Source: an uncultured bacterium
GTDB lineage: Bacteria > Patescibacteriota > Patescibacteriia > CAIQCM01
Length of the DNA stretch: 64,000 bases
Assembly: GCA_963708045.1 (NCBI GenBank)
Contig: OY970181.1
Location: 387,740-451,739 of the forward strand
Direction: 5' to 3'
The notes under the pieces are model-generated. The model did no database searches. It was not told where the DNA came from and worked only from the letters and a program-made list of their open reading frames with translations. Below are positions 9,129 through 18,876 of the stretch, one piece after another; positions within the stretch are counted from its first letter, which is position 1; each line of letters begins with the position of its first letter. The position numbers and the translations under genes are program-made.

Positions 9129-11603
9129 ATGAAAAAAGCAATAATTCTCGTTATTTTAGCTGTTTTAATTGCAGGCGCGACGCCTGTGGGCGCTGCTGGT
9201 GTAAACCCAGGATCGCTTGTTAAAGGCAGTTCCTCGGCCGTGTATTACATTACCGCCTCGGGAAATCGTCTCGCCTTTTCCAATGAAGCTGTCTACAAAA
9301 CTTGGTACTCGGACTACGCTGGCGTTATCAAGATAAGCGATTCCATGCTCGCGAGCTATCCGCTCCGCGGCGTTGTTTGGTATCGCCCTGGTTCTAAACT
9401 CATCAAGGTTCGTTCGGCACCGCAAGTTTATGCGGTTGCCGCGAACGGCGTTTTGCGTCCGCTCGCTTCTGAAGGCGCGGCGCGCGCTCTTTATGGTCAA
9501 GACTGGAACAAGAAAGTTGATGACCTTAATGATTCGTTTTTTGTAAATTATAAAGTCGGCACGCCGATCGCGACAATTCTTGATTATTCTCCGGCTACGG
9601 AAATCGCCGCGACCCCGACGATTGCCGCCAACGGTGCCGGCGCTTTGCCTGTTGCTTCGTCTACAAATTCAAACAATGTCAAACCCGCGAACAATTCGTC
9701 TTCGGTTTTGACGACGGCTATTTCCAACTCGGTTTCGTCCTCGGGTCGCATTATGAGCGTGGCCGTTGATCCGAAAAACGAAAATACCGCCTACATTGGT
9801 TCGGCTTCGGGCGGTATTTACAAAACCACCGACCGTGGCGAAAATTGGTCGTCGGTTGCCGATAATTTAAATTCAATGCATATCGCGGCGCTCGCGATTG
9901 ATCCGAATAATTCCGACATTGTTTACGCCGGCACGGGTGAAACCTATATGCCAGGCGACGAATACGGTTATAACGGCGTTTATGTAACCAAGGACGGCGG
10001 CAAAAATTGGTCGCTTATGCCGGGAACCCAGCCGCTTGCTTTGCGCGCGATCTCCAGTATCGTTGTTGATCGCACAAGTGGTAATCATCTTTATCTCGGC
10101 ACGAATGCCGGTGTTTACGAAACAAAAAATTCGGGAACCAATTGGAAAAAAATCGCCGACGGCTTTATTGAAAATTTGATGATCTCGGAAAAAAATCCGT
10201 CAGTTATTTTTGCGACCGGCGCGTCTTCGCTATTAATGCGCTCGTCCGACGCTGGCGCGACTTGGGAAAAAATGACCGGCTGGAATATTAAGCGCGGTCT
10301 TCCTGAAGACAACCCCTGGTTTAACCGCGTAACGATAACACAGTCCTCGGGCAAAACCGTAGTCGGCGATGCTTCGCACGTTATCTATGCGGCTTTTGCC
10401 GATCCGTATCAACTTTTCCGTTCGGATGATGATGGCACGAGCTGGCACGAAGTCGCCAAACAACCGTATAGCGGTATGCGTAACTACGCCGTGCTTGCCG
10501 ATCCTACTGACGCCGACGTTATTTTTACGGCTGGCACTTATCTTAATCGCGCGACTCAGGGCGGTTGGACGGTCGTACCGGTGGCTTTTCCGCTTTTTGA
10601 AGTCCGTAATCTTGTTTTTGCGCCAAGCAATAGCCGCGTGATGTATGCTGTAACCGATACGGGCGTCTGCGTTTCTGTAAATGGCGGCTTGGACTGGACG
10701 GTAAAAAATAAAGGATTGGATACGACGCAATGGTACGCAGTGGCTGTTGGAAAAAATGGAAATATTTACGGAGCGGTGCAAGACCACTCGCTTATGCGTT
10801 ATGACACAGCTTGGGGCGATGCCTCATGGGGCGATGCTCGCAAAATTATTACCGATCCGACGCGTGCCAATGTTGTCTATGTCCTTTCTTCTGACAATAA
10901 AGGCATCGGCCGTTCGCAAGATTTTGGAAAAAACTTTTCGCCGATCAATGGATATATGACTCCTGGGAGCGCGAGCTTAATCGCGGCTGATCCGTCAAAC
11001 GGCGGAACGATTTACGCCGCAGTTGGCGCGACCATCTACCGCTCAACTGACAGTGGCGATAGCTGGAGCGGACTTGGTAATGGCAACTCTGATGCCGCAA
11101 TTACAGCAATTAGTCCTTCGCACGCGCCTGAACGTATTGTCGTTGGTCGCGCAAATGGCGCGGTTCAGTCGGTTGTCCCAGGGATTGGTTCTAATGTCGC
11201 TACTTGGAAAACAATTTATACCGAACCGAACAAAAAGTCGGTGGCAAAAATTGTTGCTTCCGCTGACAGCATCACGATCGCCTTTAACGTTGATTGGGGT
11301 ACGCGTGTTGTTCGCTTAAAAGAAATTTATAGCGGCTCTTTTAAGCCAGCTGATTTAACCGGCGACCTTATCGGCGGCGCGTGGGTGCGTGATATGGATA
11401 TGGATATTTCCAATCCGAGCACGATCTACGTTGGCACACTCACGGGCGCTTTCGTTGGTCGCGAGGTCGCGGCCGGCAAATGGGTTTGGTCAAAAATTAA
11501 CGGTATCCCGTTTGTTGAAGTCACCGGCGTCGTGTCAAATAATGATAATTCCAAAGCCTACTTCTCAACTTGGGGCCGCGGACTCTACGAAATCACTAAG
11601 TAA
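9129..11603 (+). CDS. secreted BNR/Asp-box (VPS10-like) beta-propeller protein with an N-terminal surface domain
   Basis: signal peptide; repeated (S/T)xDxGxxW motifs; promoter TTGACA-N17-TAAATT at 9080-9108. Confidence 0.8.
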   Translation: MKKAIILVILAVLIAGATPVGAAGVNPGSLVKGSSSAVYYITASGNRLAFSNEAVYKTWYSDYAGVIKISDSMLASYPLRGVVWYRPGSKLIKVRSAPQVYAVAANGVLRPLASEGAARALYGQDWNKKVDDLNDSFFVNYKVGTPIATILDYSPATEIAATPTIAANGAGALPVASSTNSNNVKPANNSSSVLTTAISNSVSSSGRIMSVAVDPKNENTAYIGSASGGIYKTTDRGENWSSVADNLNSMHIAALAIDPNNSDIVYAGTGETYMPGDEYGYNGVYVTKDGGKNWSLMPGTQPLALRAISSIVVDRTSGNHLYLGTNAGVYETKNSGTNWKKIADGFIENLMISEKNPSVIFATGASSLLMRSSDAGATWEKMTGWNIKRGLPEDNPWFNRVTITQSSGKTVVGDASHVIYAAFADPYQLFRSDDDGTSWHEVAKQPYSGMRNYAVLADPTDADVIFTAGTYLNRATQGGWTVVPVAFPLFEVRNLVFAPSNSRVMYAVTDTGVCVSVNGGLDWTVKNKGLDTTQWYAVAVGKNGNIYGAVQDHSLMRYDTAWGDASWGDARKIITDPTRANVVYVLSSDNKGIGRSQDFGKNFSPINGYMTPGSASLIAADPSNGGTIYAAVGATIYRSTDSGDSWSGLGNGNSDAAITAISPSHAPERIVVGRANGAVQSVVPGIGSNVATWKTIYTEPNKKSVAKIVASADSITIAFNVDWGTRVVRLKEIYSGSFKPADLTGDLIGGAWVRDMDMDISNPSTIYVGTLTGAFVGREVAAGKWVWSKINGIPFVEVTGVVSNNDNSKAYFSTWGRGLYEITK

Positions 11604-11617
11604 ATTATTCTGAAAAT

Positions 11618-11660
11618 AAAACACCCCCACCCCGATGTACATCGGGGTGGGGGTGTTTTT
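11618..11660. terminator. bidirectional terminator
   Basis: aaaacacccccaccccgatg-ta-catcggggtgggggtgtttt between convergent genes. Confidence 0.8.
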
Positions 11661-11668
11661 GATATTGA

Positions 11669-12172
11669 TTATTCGCCAACTAAATAATTTAAATTTCGGC
11701 TCCAGGCTGAGAATGTTGTGGTGCAACCGTTAGGTACCGAGGTTGGGTTTTCCAGGCTAAGTGCCATCATATAATTAGTCGGCAGGCCTGTATATCCAAA
11801 CGCGCATTTACTGATTGGTTTATACCCGCGCACGTAATAATAAGCATAAGGCGTTCCGGTGTTGATTGGGTCAACCGGTATGTTGCTTAAATAATTTGGT
11901 TTAATTTCCATTGCCGTAAAACTTCCGCCTGGATAAGCGACCGAGACGCAGTCGCAGGTGGCTGGGCAAGCCTGCCCGCAAGTTGGATAAGCGCCAGTTT
12001 CGTCAAAGTAGAGATCAAGGGCGGTTTTGATTTGTTTAAAATCAGCAACGCGTTTGGCGTCCCGCGCTTTGCTTCTTGAGTTACTCAAAGACACGACCGC
12101 AATCGTGCTGAGGAGGCCGATAATGGCAATGACGACCAGTAATTCAATAAGAGTAAAAGCACGATGAGACAT
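11669..12172 (-). CDS. type IV pilin / GspG-like pseudopilin
   Basis: AFTLIELLVVIAIIGLLSTI...KARDAKR.AD.KQI.TAL.LY....G.YP; P.DP. Confidence 0.9.
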   Translation of the reverse strand: MSHRAFTLIELLVVIAIIGLLSTIAVVSLSNSRSKARDAKRVADFKQIKTALDLYFDETGAYPTCGQACPATCDCVSVAYPGGSFTAMEIKPNYLSNIPVDPINTGTPYAYYYVRGYKPISKCAFGYTGLPTNYMMALSLENPTSVPNGCTTTFSAWSRNLNYLVGE

Positions 12173-12309
12173 GACGAAATATCTAATGTCTAATATCTAA
12201 TCCGATAAACGACCAATTGGTTTTGTGCTGATATTATACCACCAATACAAAAATGCCCCGATAATCATCGGGGCATTTTCATTTCTAACTATACGCTAAA
12301 CGCTATACC

Positions 12310-12353
12310 CTAAACCCTAAAAATTACACTTCAATTATAACCGGAAGAATCAT
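12310..12353 (-). repeat. direct repeat of the rnj 3' end (orphan copy)
   Basis: 42/44 identical to 14020-14063; encodes MILPVIIEV*. Confidence 0.92.
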
Positions 12354-12354
12354 T

Positions 12355-13170
12355 TTATTCCGTCACGACCGTAGCCACTTGGTGCGAACGAAGACCTTCG
12401 GCGTACATTTTTTTTATTTGCGCTAAACTAAGGGTTGAAGAATAAACTCGCGTGTCGTCTATGTTGCCGTGGAACGGATCGCCTAATGCGATTGGTGAAT
12501 AGCTCCCGATCGCTAAAGTGACACTATTATAGGCAGTTATTGTACAGGTGGCTGTTTTGCCGACCTCGTGTCCGTTAAAGAAAAGTTTCATCGTCTGGTT
12601 GACCGAGTTGATTGAAAGGGCGACCATTGACCAGGAGTTCGCGGGAATTTGCGGCCCAGTCAGGTATAAAGAATACGACCAGCCCACACCAGCACAACTC
12701 ATCAAGGATTCCAAGTTGCCGTCATGGATTCGATATTCGTATTGCGCTAATTTGGAGAGGATCGTATTATATCCAGTCGTGCTTGTCGGATAGATCCATG
12801 TTGTGAAAGTCGCATTGGTCGCCTGTAGGTTAAGCGTTGAACTAAGATAATTTGATCCTGAAAAATTCGCCGAACATCCGGTATTTCCTGGGGCGTTGCT
12901 CGTTGACCATCCGGCGCCGCCACTCCAGGTCGCAGTGTTGCCGTTTCCAGAAGCATCGCTCGCGGTATTGCCGGAACATTCATTAAAAAGCCATTCGCCG
13001 ACGAGTTGGTCGCCGAGCCCGTTGCGCAAGCTTTGATCAAACGATTGTCCGGCAGCAATTTTTCCTTTATCACGTGCGGTCACCAAAGACACGACCGCGA
13101 TTGTGGAAAGCAGTCCGATAATCGCGATCACAACAAGAAGTTCAATTAGGGTAAAGGCGCTACGTTTCAT
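12355..13170 (-). CDS. type IV pilin-like protein with LamG domain
   Basis: prepilin motif; DASGNGN; GNIDDTRVY; same architecture as 2692-3474. Confidence 0.88.
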   Translation of the reverse strand: MKRSAFTLIELLVVIAIIGLLSTIAVVSLVTARDKGKIAAGQSFDQSLRNGLGDQLVGEWLFNECSGNTASDASGNGNTATWSGGAGWSTSNAPGNTGCSANFSGSNYLSSTLNLQATNATFTTWIYPTSTTGYNTILSKLAQYEYRIHDGNLESLMSCAGVGWSYSLYLTGPQIPANSWSMVALSINSVNQTMKLFFNGHEVGKTATCTITAYNSVTLAIGSYSPIALGDPFHGNIDDTRVYSSTLSLAQIKKMYAEGLRSHQVATVVTE

Positions 13171-13220
13171 GCTCTATTTTTTAAAATTAAACCGTTTCTT
13201 TTCATCACTCTCTAGCAGTA

Positions 13221-13757
13221 TCAATACCAACTTGATGCTCCTGGCGTGAAGATGGCCCAACCGCTATTTGTGTGGGTGGGGTCATAAAACGGATCACTTG
13301 CTGAGAGTGTCCCTTCCGGCGTGCAGTAAGCTAATAATTTATAATCTATTCCGTTTGAAGTATACACATATGTATTCCAGCCAGCCTGACTCCTGCAACC
13401 AGCTAAGGCAGAGCTTGGGTTAGTTTTGCCCATATTGGTATCGTCTGGTAGTCGTCCGATATAATTAGGGGCTAGATTGGGAATCCATCCGTTTGAACCA
13501 GAACTGTCATGGCTACCAAAAGTTGAAGTTACTCCCCACCAACTGCAACACCCGCTTACGCCCGTTGAAGGATAGGCGTCAAAGTTGGTGTAATAGAGTT
13601 CCAGCGCTTTAGAAATTTGGACGAGATCAACTTTTCGCTTCTGGTTTCGCGCGTTCATTCTCGTTGTACTTAAAGACACCACCGCAATCGTGCCGAGGAG
13701 GCCGATAATGGCAATGACAACAAGTAATTCAATAAGAGTAAAAGCACGACGAGTCAT
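13221..13757 (-). CDS. type IV pilin / GspG-like pseudopilin
   Basis: AFTLIELLVVIAIIGLL...ARNQKRKVDL.QI.KALELYY...YP. Confidence 0.9.
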   Translation of the reverse strand: MTRRAFTLIELLVVIAIIGLLGTIAVVSLSTTRMNARNQKRKVDLVQISKALELYYTNFDAYPSTGVSGCCSWWGVTSTFGSHDSSGSNGWIPNLAPNYIGRLPDDTNMGKTNPSSALAGCRSQAGWNTYVYTSNGIDYKLLAYCTPEGTLSASDPFYDPTHTNSGWAIFTPGASSWY

Positions 13758-13805
13758 TAAACGAATGTCTAATTTCTAATGTCTAATGTCGAGTGACTAA
13801 TCCGC

Positions 13806-13920
13806 CGTCATTCCGAGCCTGTAAGGTTGGTTTGTCCAAGGCTCGGCCGAGCTCAGCTCGGCGAGGAACCACGGAGCCTGTTTTGAGACTTTGAGTTCCT
13901 TCGCTCCGCTCGGGATGACG
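13806..13920 (+). repeat. CGTC-tagged palindromic repeat, copy B
   Basis: cgtcattccgag...ctcgggatgacg with an extra internal hairpin. Confidence 0.85.
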
Positions 13921-14033
13921 CCTAACGACAGACGCTGGCTTTGGCCAACGAACTCACTGATATTATATCACTAAATTAAAAATATCATCGCTTGAGCGAT
14001 GATATTTTTTAACTCTACGCTAAACCCTAAAAA

Positions 14034-15944
14034 CTACACTTCAATAATAACCGGAAGAATCATCGGGCGGCGTTTGGTTTGTGACCAAAGGTATTGGCCA
14101 ATGTCATCGCGAATTTTATTTTTGGTATATTCCTCAAAAGCCGGGGAACGCGGGTCAGCGTCGTGAAGGATTTTGCGGACACGGGCGCGCGATTTTTCCA
14201 CAAGTTCGTGCGCGTCTTTAAGATAAACGAAGCCGCGGGAAATAATATCGGGACTGCCGATAAGTTTGCCGGTGTTTCGTTCCATCGTGCAGATGACAAC
14301 AAACATTCCGTCCTCGGCCAGCTGCAGGCGGTCACGCAAAACGACGTGCGAAACGTCGCCAACGCCCAGGCCGTCCACCATAATATATTCAATCGGGTAT
14401 TTGTCGTCGGTCATTTTGCCGCCGTTTCCATCAAATTCAACAATCTGTCCGTTGTCCGGAATAAAAATGCGGTCGCGTGTTACGCCAACTTCTTCGGCCA
14501 AGTCGGCATGCGCGTGGCGCAAGAACAGGTTGGCGTAGCCGGGGAGGAAATAGCGCGGCTTTGTGAGCATAATCATTTCTTTAAGCTCTTCTTGTTTGGC
14601 ATGACCGCCAGCGTGCACGTCCATATTGGCATAATGCACGACTTTAGCGCCTTGGCGGATTAGGGTGTCTTTAAGCGATTGCACCGTGCGTTCATTTCCT
14701 GGAATGACCGAAGAAGAGAAAATAACCATATCGCCCTCTTCTAAACGGACGGATTTGTGTTCGCGGTTTGCGATGCGCATTAGAGCTGCGTTTTCTTCGC
14801 CTTGCGCGCCAGTGCAGATGATAATAAGTTTTTCCGGAGCAATGTGCTTAATCTCGTCTTCTTCAATAATCGTGCCCGGCTTGTATTTCATATAGCCAAG
14901 CTGGTGGGCAATTTCCACGTTGGAATGCATTGATCGTCCGAGAAGCAAAACTTTGCGGCCGGTTTTTTCGGCGATCGTTAAGAGTTGCTGAACGCGGGTG
15001 AGAAGCGAAGCAAACGTGCCGACGATAATGCGGCCTTTGTGTTTGGAAACAATACCTAAAAGTTCTTCGCTTACGACCGTTTCCGAAATTTGTCGTCCGG
15101 GTGAAGCGGCCGAAGTTGAATCGGACACAAGCAAGAGGACGCCGCGTTCGCCAAAAGCGGCGACGCGCGCGGGGTCGGCCGGCAGTTCTGGCGGAATCGG
15201 GTCGCGATCAAATTTAAAGTCACCGGTAAAAATTACCGTTCCGTATGGCGTATGCAAAGCAACGCCGAAAGAGTCGGCAATATTGTGGTTAATATGAAAT
15301 GGTTCAAAAACAAAATTTTTGCCCATCTGAATGCGAACATCGGCCGTTTTAACCAATTGAATTTTGAGTTGTTGAAGGTTGCCGTATTCTTCTTGGCGTT
15401 TTTTAATAAGACCAGCGGTAAGCGGGGCGGTATAAATTACCGGCCAGCCAAGCTTGGGCATAACGTGAGGAATGCCGCCGATGTGGTCATAGTGTCCATG
15501 GGTAATAATCACGCCGCGGATATTTTTTTCTTTTCCGCGCAAGCAGGAAGTGTCAGGGATGATGTAATCAATCCCAGGCATTCCTTCTTCGGGAAACATC
15601 AAACCCATGTCCACGATAATAATATCATCGCCCATTTCCACGACGGCGCAATTTCTTCCGACTTCTTCTAGTCCGCCAAGTGCGTAAACTTTTAATTTGG
15701 TCGGATCGTATTTAATTGTCGGCATTGGTGGCTTCACGACTTCGCGCGGTTCGGCGCGAAAACGCGGACCACGTCCGCCTCCGCGCGCGCCGCCGGAATG
15801 TTTTTGATTAGGCGGATGCCCGCTTGGTTTTTTGGAACCTTGATTAAAACGATTTACACCCTGATTGCTTTTTGCCGGTGTAAAGGGGGCGTGATTTTTT
15901 GGATTGTCGTGCCTTTGAACCGGGTGCTGTTGGTTTTGCACCAT
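14034..15944 (-). CDS. rnj: ribonuclease J
   Basis: LGGLEEVGRN, THGHYDHIGG, GDFKFD, TGAQGEE.AAL, HAGGHA, RRPMILPVI; ~80-aa disordered N-terminal extension. Confidence 0.96.
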   Translation of the reverse strand: MVQNQQHPVQRHDNPKNHAPFTPAKSNQGVNRFNQGSKKPSGHPPNQKHSGGARGGGRGPRFRAEPREVVKPPMPTIKYDPTKLKVYALGGLEEVGRNCAVVEMGDDIIIVDMGLMFPEEGMPGIDYIIPDTSCLRGKEKNIRGVIITHGHYDHIGGIPHVMPKLGWPVIYTAPLTAGLIKKRQEEYGNLQQLKIQLVKTADVRIQMGKNFVFEPFHINHNIADSFGVALHTPYGTVIFTGDFKFDRDPIPPELPADPARVAAFGERGVLLLVSDSTSAASPGRQISETVVSEELLGIVSKHKGRIIVGTFASLLTRVQQLLTIAEKTGRKVLLLGRSMHSNVEIAHQLGYMKYKPGTIIEEDEIKHIAPEKLIIICTGAQGEENAALMRIANREHKSVRLEEGDMVIFSSSVIPGNERTVQSLKDTLIRQGAKVVHYANMDVHAGGHAKQEELKEMIMLTKPRYFLPGYANLFLRHAHADLAEEVGVTRDRIFIPDNGQIVEFDGNGGKMTDDKYPIEYIMVDGLGVGDVSHVVLRDRLQLAEDGMFVVICTMERNTGKLIGSPDIISRGFVYLKDAHELVEKSRARVRKILHDADPRSPAFEEYTKNKIRDDIGQYLWSQTKRRPMILPVIIEV

Positions 15945-16125
15945 AATTTTCTGTTTTTCTCGGAATAAGATTAATACTAAAAGGGGCTAAAATCAGCCCG
16001 CTCGCGCAATTTTATGCGCGACTAAATTAAAGAGATGAACAGTGAATATTTTTATAAGCTACAAAAATATTCACTGGCCGCCTGTAATTTATTTTTGCTT
16101 TGCGACCGGTTCCCGCACAAACCAA

Positions 16126-16208
16126 TGCCCGGAGGGAGACTCGAACTCCCATGACCTTGCGGACACCAGCTCCTGAAGCTGGCGCGTCTGCCATTCCGCC
16201 ATCCGGGC
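16126..16208 (-). tRNA. tRNA-Leu(CAG)
   Basis: cloverleaf with long variable arm; anticodon arm ccagc-ttCAGga-gctgg; TTCGAGT T-loop; no encoded CCA. Confidence 0.95.
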
Positions 16209-16463
16209 AAAAGACTGTGCGGGATACGTTTTCCAACCCTTAGTCCACAAGGGGGAGAGGGAAAAATTGTAATAAAATCGCCGAGAAAATTCTCAGATGA
16301 CTTTAAAATAGAGGAAAACTAAGTCTATAAATATACCACATTGGCGCTTTTTTGGCAAGTACTGATTAGGGTATAGCGTATAGCGTTCAGGGTTTAGTTC
16401 TATAAGAAACGAACAATCATTCTCGCGCTAGAAAACTATACCCTATACCCTTGACCCTAAACT

Positions 16464-18299
16464 CTATTTAAGACCCACGGCCTTCTTAATGTACCAATCG
16501 GTAATATTTGCAAAGCGGTCGGATGGCGATGAGATTGAAGTAACGGAAAAGTTCTTTACGTTTGTTGACTGGGGGTAAAGAAAACGAGGTGAGTAAAGGA
16601 AAATTGCGGACGAATCAGCCGTGATAATTTTTTGAAATTCTCTAAGCATTGCTTGTTTGGCGTTGGCGTTGATCGTCGCTCGCGCTTTTTCTAAAAGTTC
16701 GTCAACGCGGCGGTTTGAGTATTTAGACAGATTAAGTCCACCCTCAGCTTGCGACGAATGCCAGAAGGCGAATGGGTCGCCACCCTCGCTTAAGATTTCG
16801 CCAAAAATAAGCGCCTCGTAGTTTGCGTCCTTGATTACGGTTTTTTGAGCATCGGCCGCGGACACAAGAACAATATTCACTTTTGCGCCAATCGCTTCCC
16901 AATCCTGCTTAATCAAATTCGCGGTTTTTTGGCTAACCTCAGTATTAATTGCCGTCAGCTTAATACTAAGTTCGGTTATAGTTGGCGGTGGCTGGATTTT
17001 TGCCGTTGATTTTACTGTTTGGGTCTTTGTGCGAACGGTGGAGTTTTCCGACAAAACAAAGCCAGCTTTTTCTAGCAGGGCTTTGGCTCCAGCTGGGTCA
17101 TAGTTATAAATGGCGACGTCAGCAGAATAATTTTTATCGTCAAGCGGCGCGTTGCTTATAATCGCCGTGTTACCGGTCGCGTCAATGATGATTCGTTCGC
17201 GGTTAATGGCCATAGCCAAAGCATGGCGGACATCAAGATCGGAAAAAATCGGCTGGGCTTTAGGGTTAAAGAAGATCGCCGTATCTTCGTCAAGATTTAT
17301 TTCGTGAGTGTTTACGTTTGGGAGTTTGAGGATGGCGGGATAGAGGCGCGATGGAACAAAGTTGAGTCCGAAAACGGCGTTCGCGGAAAGTTTTTCAACG
17401 GCCGTTTCGTAATCGTCAAAAAATTTAAAAGTAATTTTATCAATTTTTGAATTTGATCCTTCGGTCGCGGCCAAAGTGTAAGAAACAATGTCGCCGTCCG
17501 AATTACGAGTAAAATTTAAAAAATGATAAGCACCGCTTCCGATTGGTTTTAGGTTAAAATCGGAATTTGCGACCGTAGCAGGATCGGTTTTTTCCCAGAG
17601 GTGTTTAGGAATAATGCCCACCGTGAGCAGGGAGGGGAAGTAAGAATTGGGTTCTTTTAGAACAAAGGTAATTTTTTCTTGGTCAATGACGTTTACAGAA
17701 ACGCCGGAAAATTTTTTTGCAATCGGACTTTTCCATATTGGGTTCACGATCGTTTGAAAAGTATAGGCAACGTCAGTGGCGGTAAGTTCGGTTCCGTCGC
17801 TAAAGCGCGCGTTACGCAAAGTGAACGTATAAATTTTACCATCAGCCGATACAGAAACATTATTGGCAAGATCAGTTACGAGGTTGCCCGATCCGTCGTG
17901 GCGGTATAAACCTGAATAAACCAGGCTAATAATATCCTCGTCAACGTCATTCCCGTTTGAAAGAATTGGGTTTATCGTTCGCGGACGACCAACGATTCCT
18001 TCGGTGTATTCGCCGCCCGCGGCTGGGACAAGGGTTATGTGGCGCGCTACCCAGCCGCCAGCAACAAGAATAAGGCCGATTGTAAAAACGGAAATGCCGA
18101 TCGTGATTATTTTTTTCTCTTGCGGCGTTGTAACTTTTCCAAGATGCCGCCATTGGCTTAGACTGGGGAGTCTGCGCTTGGCAACAATATGGTAAGCGAT
18201 CATTAAGTCGGCGCGTTCTTCGCGCTGGCTTTTTAAGTTATCGGATTTTTTTTTAAACCATTCGCGGCTGACAGTAAAAATTTTTTTAAAAAAATTCAT
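16464..18299 (-). CDS. peptide ABC transporter substrate-binding protein (family 5)
   Basis: GGEYTEGIVG.P..INP, LVYSGL, YTFTLR, PIGSGAY, NLSKYSNRRVDELLEKAR. Confidence 0.88.
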   Translation of the reverse strand: MNFFKKIFTVSREWFKKKSDNLKSQREERADLMIAYHIVAKRRLPSLSQWRHLGKVTTPQEKKIITIGISVFTIGLILVAGGWVARHITLVPAAGGEYTEGIVGRPRTINPILSNGNDVDEDIISLVYSGLYRHDGSGNLVTDLANNVSVSADGKIYTFTLRNARFSDGTELTATDVAYTFQTIVNPIWKSPIAKKFSGVSVNVIDQEKITFVLKEPNSYFPSLLTVGIIPKHLWEKTDPATVANSDFNLKPIGSGAYHFLNFTRNSDGDIVSYTLAATEGSNSKIDKITFKFFDDYETAVEKLSANAVFGLNFVPSRLYPAILKLPNVNTHEINLDEDTAIFFNPKAQPIFSDLDVRHALAMAINRERIIIDATGNTAIISNAPLDDKNYSADVAIYNYDPAGAKALLEKAGFVLSENSTVRTKTQTVKSTAKIQPPPTITELSIKLTAINTEVSQKTANLIKQDWEAIGAKVNIVLVSAADAQKTVIKDANYEALIFGEILSEGGDPFAFWHSSQAEGGLNLSKYSNRRVDELLEKARATINANAKQAMLREFQKIITADSSAIFLYSPRFLYPQSTNVKNFSVTSISSPSDRFANITDWYIKKAVGLK

Positions 18300-18358
18300 A
18301 CGAATGGTAATGATCAAGGTGGTGGCGCGACGATGAAAAGCTTACTCGTGGCCGATTA

Positions 18359-18589
18359 TTAGCGCGCCGCGAGAAACGAAGTAAAAGCCACTCCAAAAAA
18401 TAAAATGGAGAGAACAATAGTAGCGATAAAAAGACCTTTTTCAAGGCCACGTTTGGTGCGGTAAATATTCCCTTCGCCTCCGAAAGTTGCGGACAAGCCG
18501 ACCCCGCGCTGTTGAAGAAGAACGGCGGTAATCAAGAGAACGGCAATAATTATCTGAACGATAGACAAGATTTGTTTTATATTTTGCAT
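18359..18589 (-). CDS. secG: preprotein translocase subunit SecG
   Basis: LLITAVLLQQRGVGLSATFGG...RTKRGLEK; two TM helices. Confidence 0.92.
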   Translation of the reverse strand: MQNIKQILSIVQIIIAVLLITAVLLQQRGVGLSATFGGEGNIYRTKRGLEKGLFIATIVLSILFFGVAFTSFLAAR

Positions 18590-18663
18590 AATAAGCGGCT
18601 CTAAATATAATGAAAGACGCATTTTGCGTCGGTGGGTTAATTTATCACTCGCGAGCTTCTTAG

Positions 18664-18789
18664 TCAACGTTTAACGCGATTTGCAATATACCCAGCCAAT
18701 TTTTTCATATTTCGTCCGGAAACCGCCATCTTGGGTTTTTTGTGTTTTTCTCTTCGCTCGGCCTTGGTAAGTAATATGTCATGTTTCAT
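18664..18789 (-). CDS. 41-aa basic small protein (below the ORF-track cutoff)
   Basis: MKHDILLTKAERREKHKKPKMAVSGRNMKKLAGYIANRVKR*, translated by hand. Confidence 0.5.
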   Translation of the reverse strand: MKHDILLTKAERREKHKKPKMAVSGRNMKKLAGYIANRVKR

Positions 18790-18876
18790 ATAATAGGCGG
18801 TATTATGGACAACGTACCAAATAGTTGTCCATTGTATGTGGTATGTTGTCCATTTTTTATGTTATAATATCATTCT

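Noticed and set aside
11669-13757. Diversity-generating retroelement or shufflon acting on pilins
   Set aside because: No reverse transcriptase, no template/variable repeat pair with A-specific mismatches, and no invertase or inverted sites.
16027-16236. Short ORFs overlapping tRNAs or antisense to core genes (also 29780-30013 and many others in the track)
   Set aside because: They overlap well-supported features and have no recognisable motifs.
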